Assembly: GCF_004010195.1 (NCBI RefSeq)
Contig: NC_057718.1
Location: 51,045,941-51,109,940 of the forward strand
DNA from: Chiloscyllium plagiosum
Lineage: Eukaryota
Direction of reading: 5' to 3'
Length of the DNA: 64,000 nt
The notes below the pieces were generated by a model, which saw only the letters and a list, made by a program, of their open reading frames with translations, ran no database searches and had not been told where the DNA came from. Shown here piece after piece: positions 62,920-64,000 of this stretch. The position numbers and the translations under genes are program-made. Position 1 is the first letter of the stretch, and each line of letters starts with the position of its first letter.

Positions 62920-64000
62920 AGGGTGCAATCTCATAGCGGCGTGAATGATATGGGCTATGGAGACATTTAGGGCAGAATTGGGTGAGAAGATCAGTCAGGC
63001 CAATGTTAAGAGCAACAATTCTCTTCTATGCAATAGTGTTGAGGTGAGATTCTCACTGGATAGCAGCAAGTTGATGATGAAGGAAGATAACTGCTTGGCA
63101 GTGACATTATCAACTTGTCTCTTAATAGGCAGCTTCTAATCTTACCAAACAATGCTAAGTCAATAAGACATCGAGAATTCTTGACATGAAAGTCAGAGAT
63201 GCTACCTAGCAACTTCAGCACAATGCTGGCTGCAAACAGCCTCCATGTTGCTCCATGAACACAGCCCAGCCCTTATCTGAGATTTTCCAACCCCTCAGCA
63301 CGCTCAGAGCACCTATCTGAACCCCTTCGCCAGACTCCCAGGCTAAAACAGAGGTGTACTACAGTGCCCTTCTGCAACTAAAATTGAAAGGCTGCTGCAA
63401 GAAAACCTAGTGCAAAGGGCAGGGATCCAGTTCAGGCTCCATATTTGGGCACGCACTTCACACTCACATGCATGCTCGTAGTATCTGTATCTTGTCTTGT
63501 TCCACCTTGCCACGCTGTGCCATGCTTGTTATTACATGGTGCTTCAGCCAGAGCCTAACTGCTATCGGTGTGGTCATATTTATGTGCTCTTTTGCACAGA
63601 CACACAGATGGCTGCTTGTCTGGTAGAGGCAGAGGGGCACATTGTATGGCACACTAAGAGTTTATTCTAACATGTACAGTATGTGCCAGCTGCCTGTGCA
63701 GCAAACATATGGCACATGGATTCATATTGGAAACTGTACCAGTGTGAGGGGTGGAGGGTAAAGTATTCTCAGTCCTGTTGAGGTCATGGTACCAAATGCA
63801 ACAAAAAGTTGAATGAACAATGTGAGCCTAGAATGGGAAGAGGCTAGGTGCAGGTACAGTAACCAGGGCTGTGGTGGAGCAGGCAATAGGTCTGCTGAAA
63901 ATACTGTTCCACTGCTTTTTCTAGTCTGAGAAAGTCTTCCAGTTTATTCTGGACTCTGTTCACATCATCCAGGTGCCCTCATCCAAATTGGAGAGGGAAC
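62920..64000. mobile_element. Old DNA-transposon-like element, paralog of 41430-44390
   Basis: Collinear shared blocks. Confidence 0.4.

Overview
Vertebrate genomic DNA, very probably from a shark: it is dense in HE1/V-type tRNA SINEs with (TAATC)n tails, CR1 and L2 LINE fragments, Penelope-like elements, a Gypsy relic, and Harbinger and Tc1/mariner remnants. No intact host CDS is present. Between the repeats, the minus strand carries about 30 exon-like segments, most bounded by AG/GT splice signals, from about 62.8 kb to about 1.2 kb. Translated by hand across frameshifts and stops, they read as a decayed giant mosaic serine-protease gene: CUB x3 - LDLa - SEA - trypsin - SEA - more than 10 CUB-like units. 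It may instead be two tandem genes. Two Penelope-derived insertions with target-site duplications sit in or at its exons. The Penelope terminal repeats, and palindromic mini-elements derived from them, contain minimal hammerhead ribozyme cores. All domain calls are by eye and need HMM confirmation. Several coordinates are approximate.
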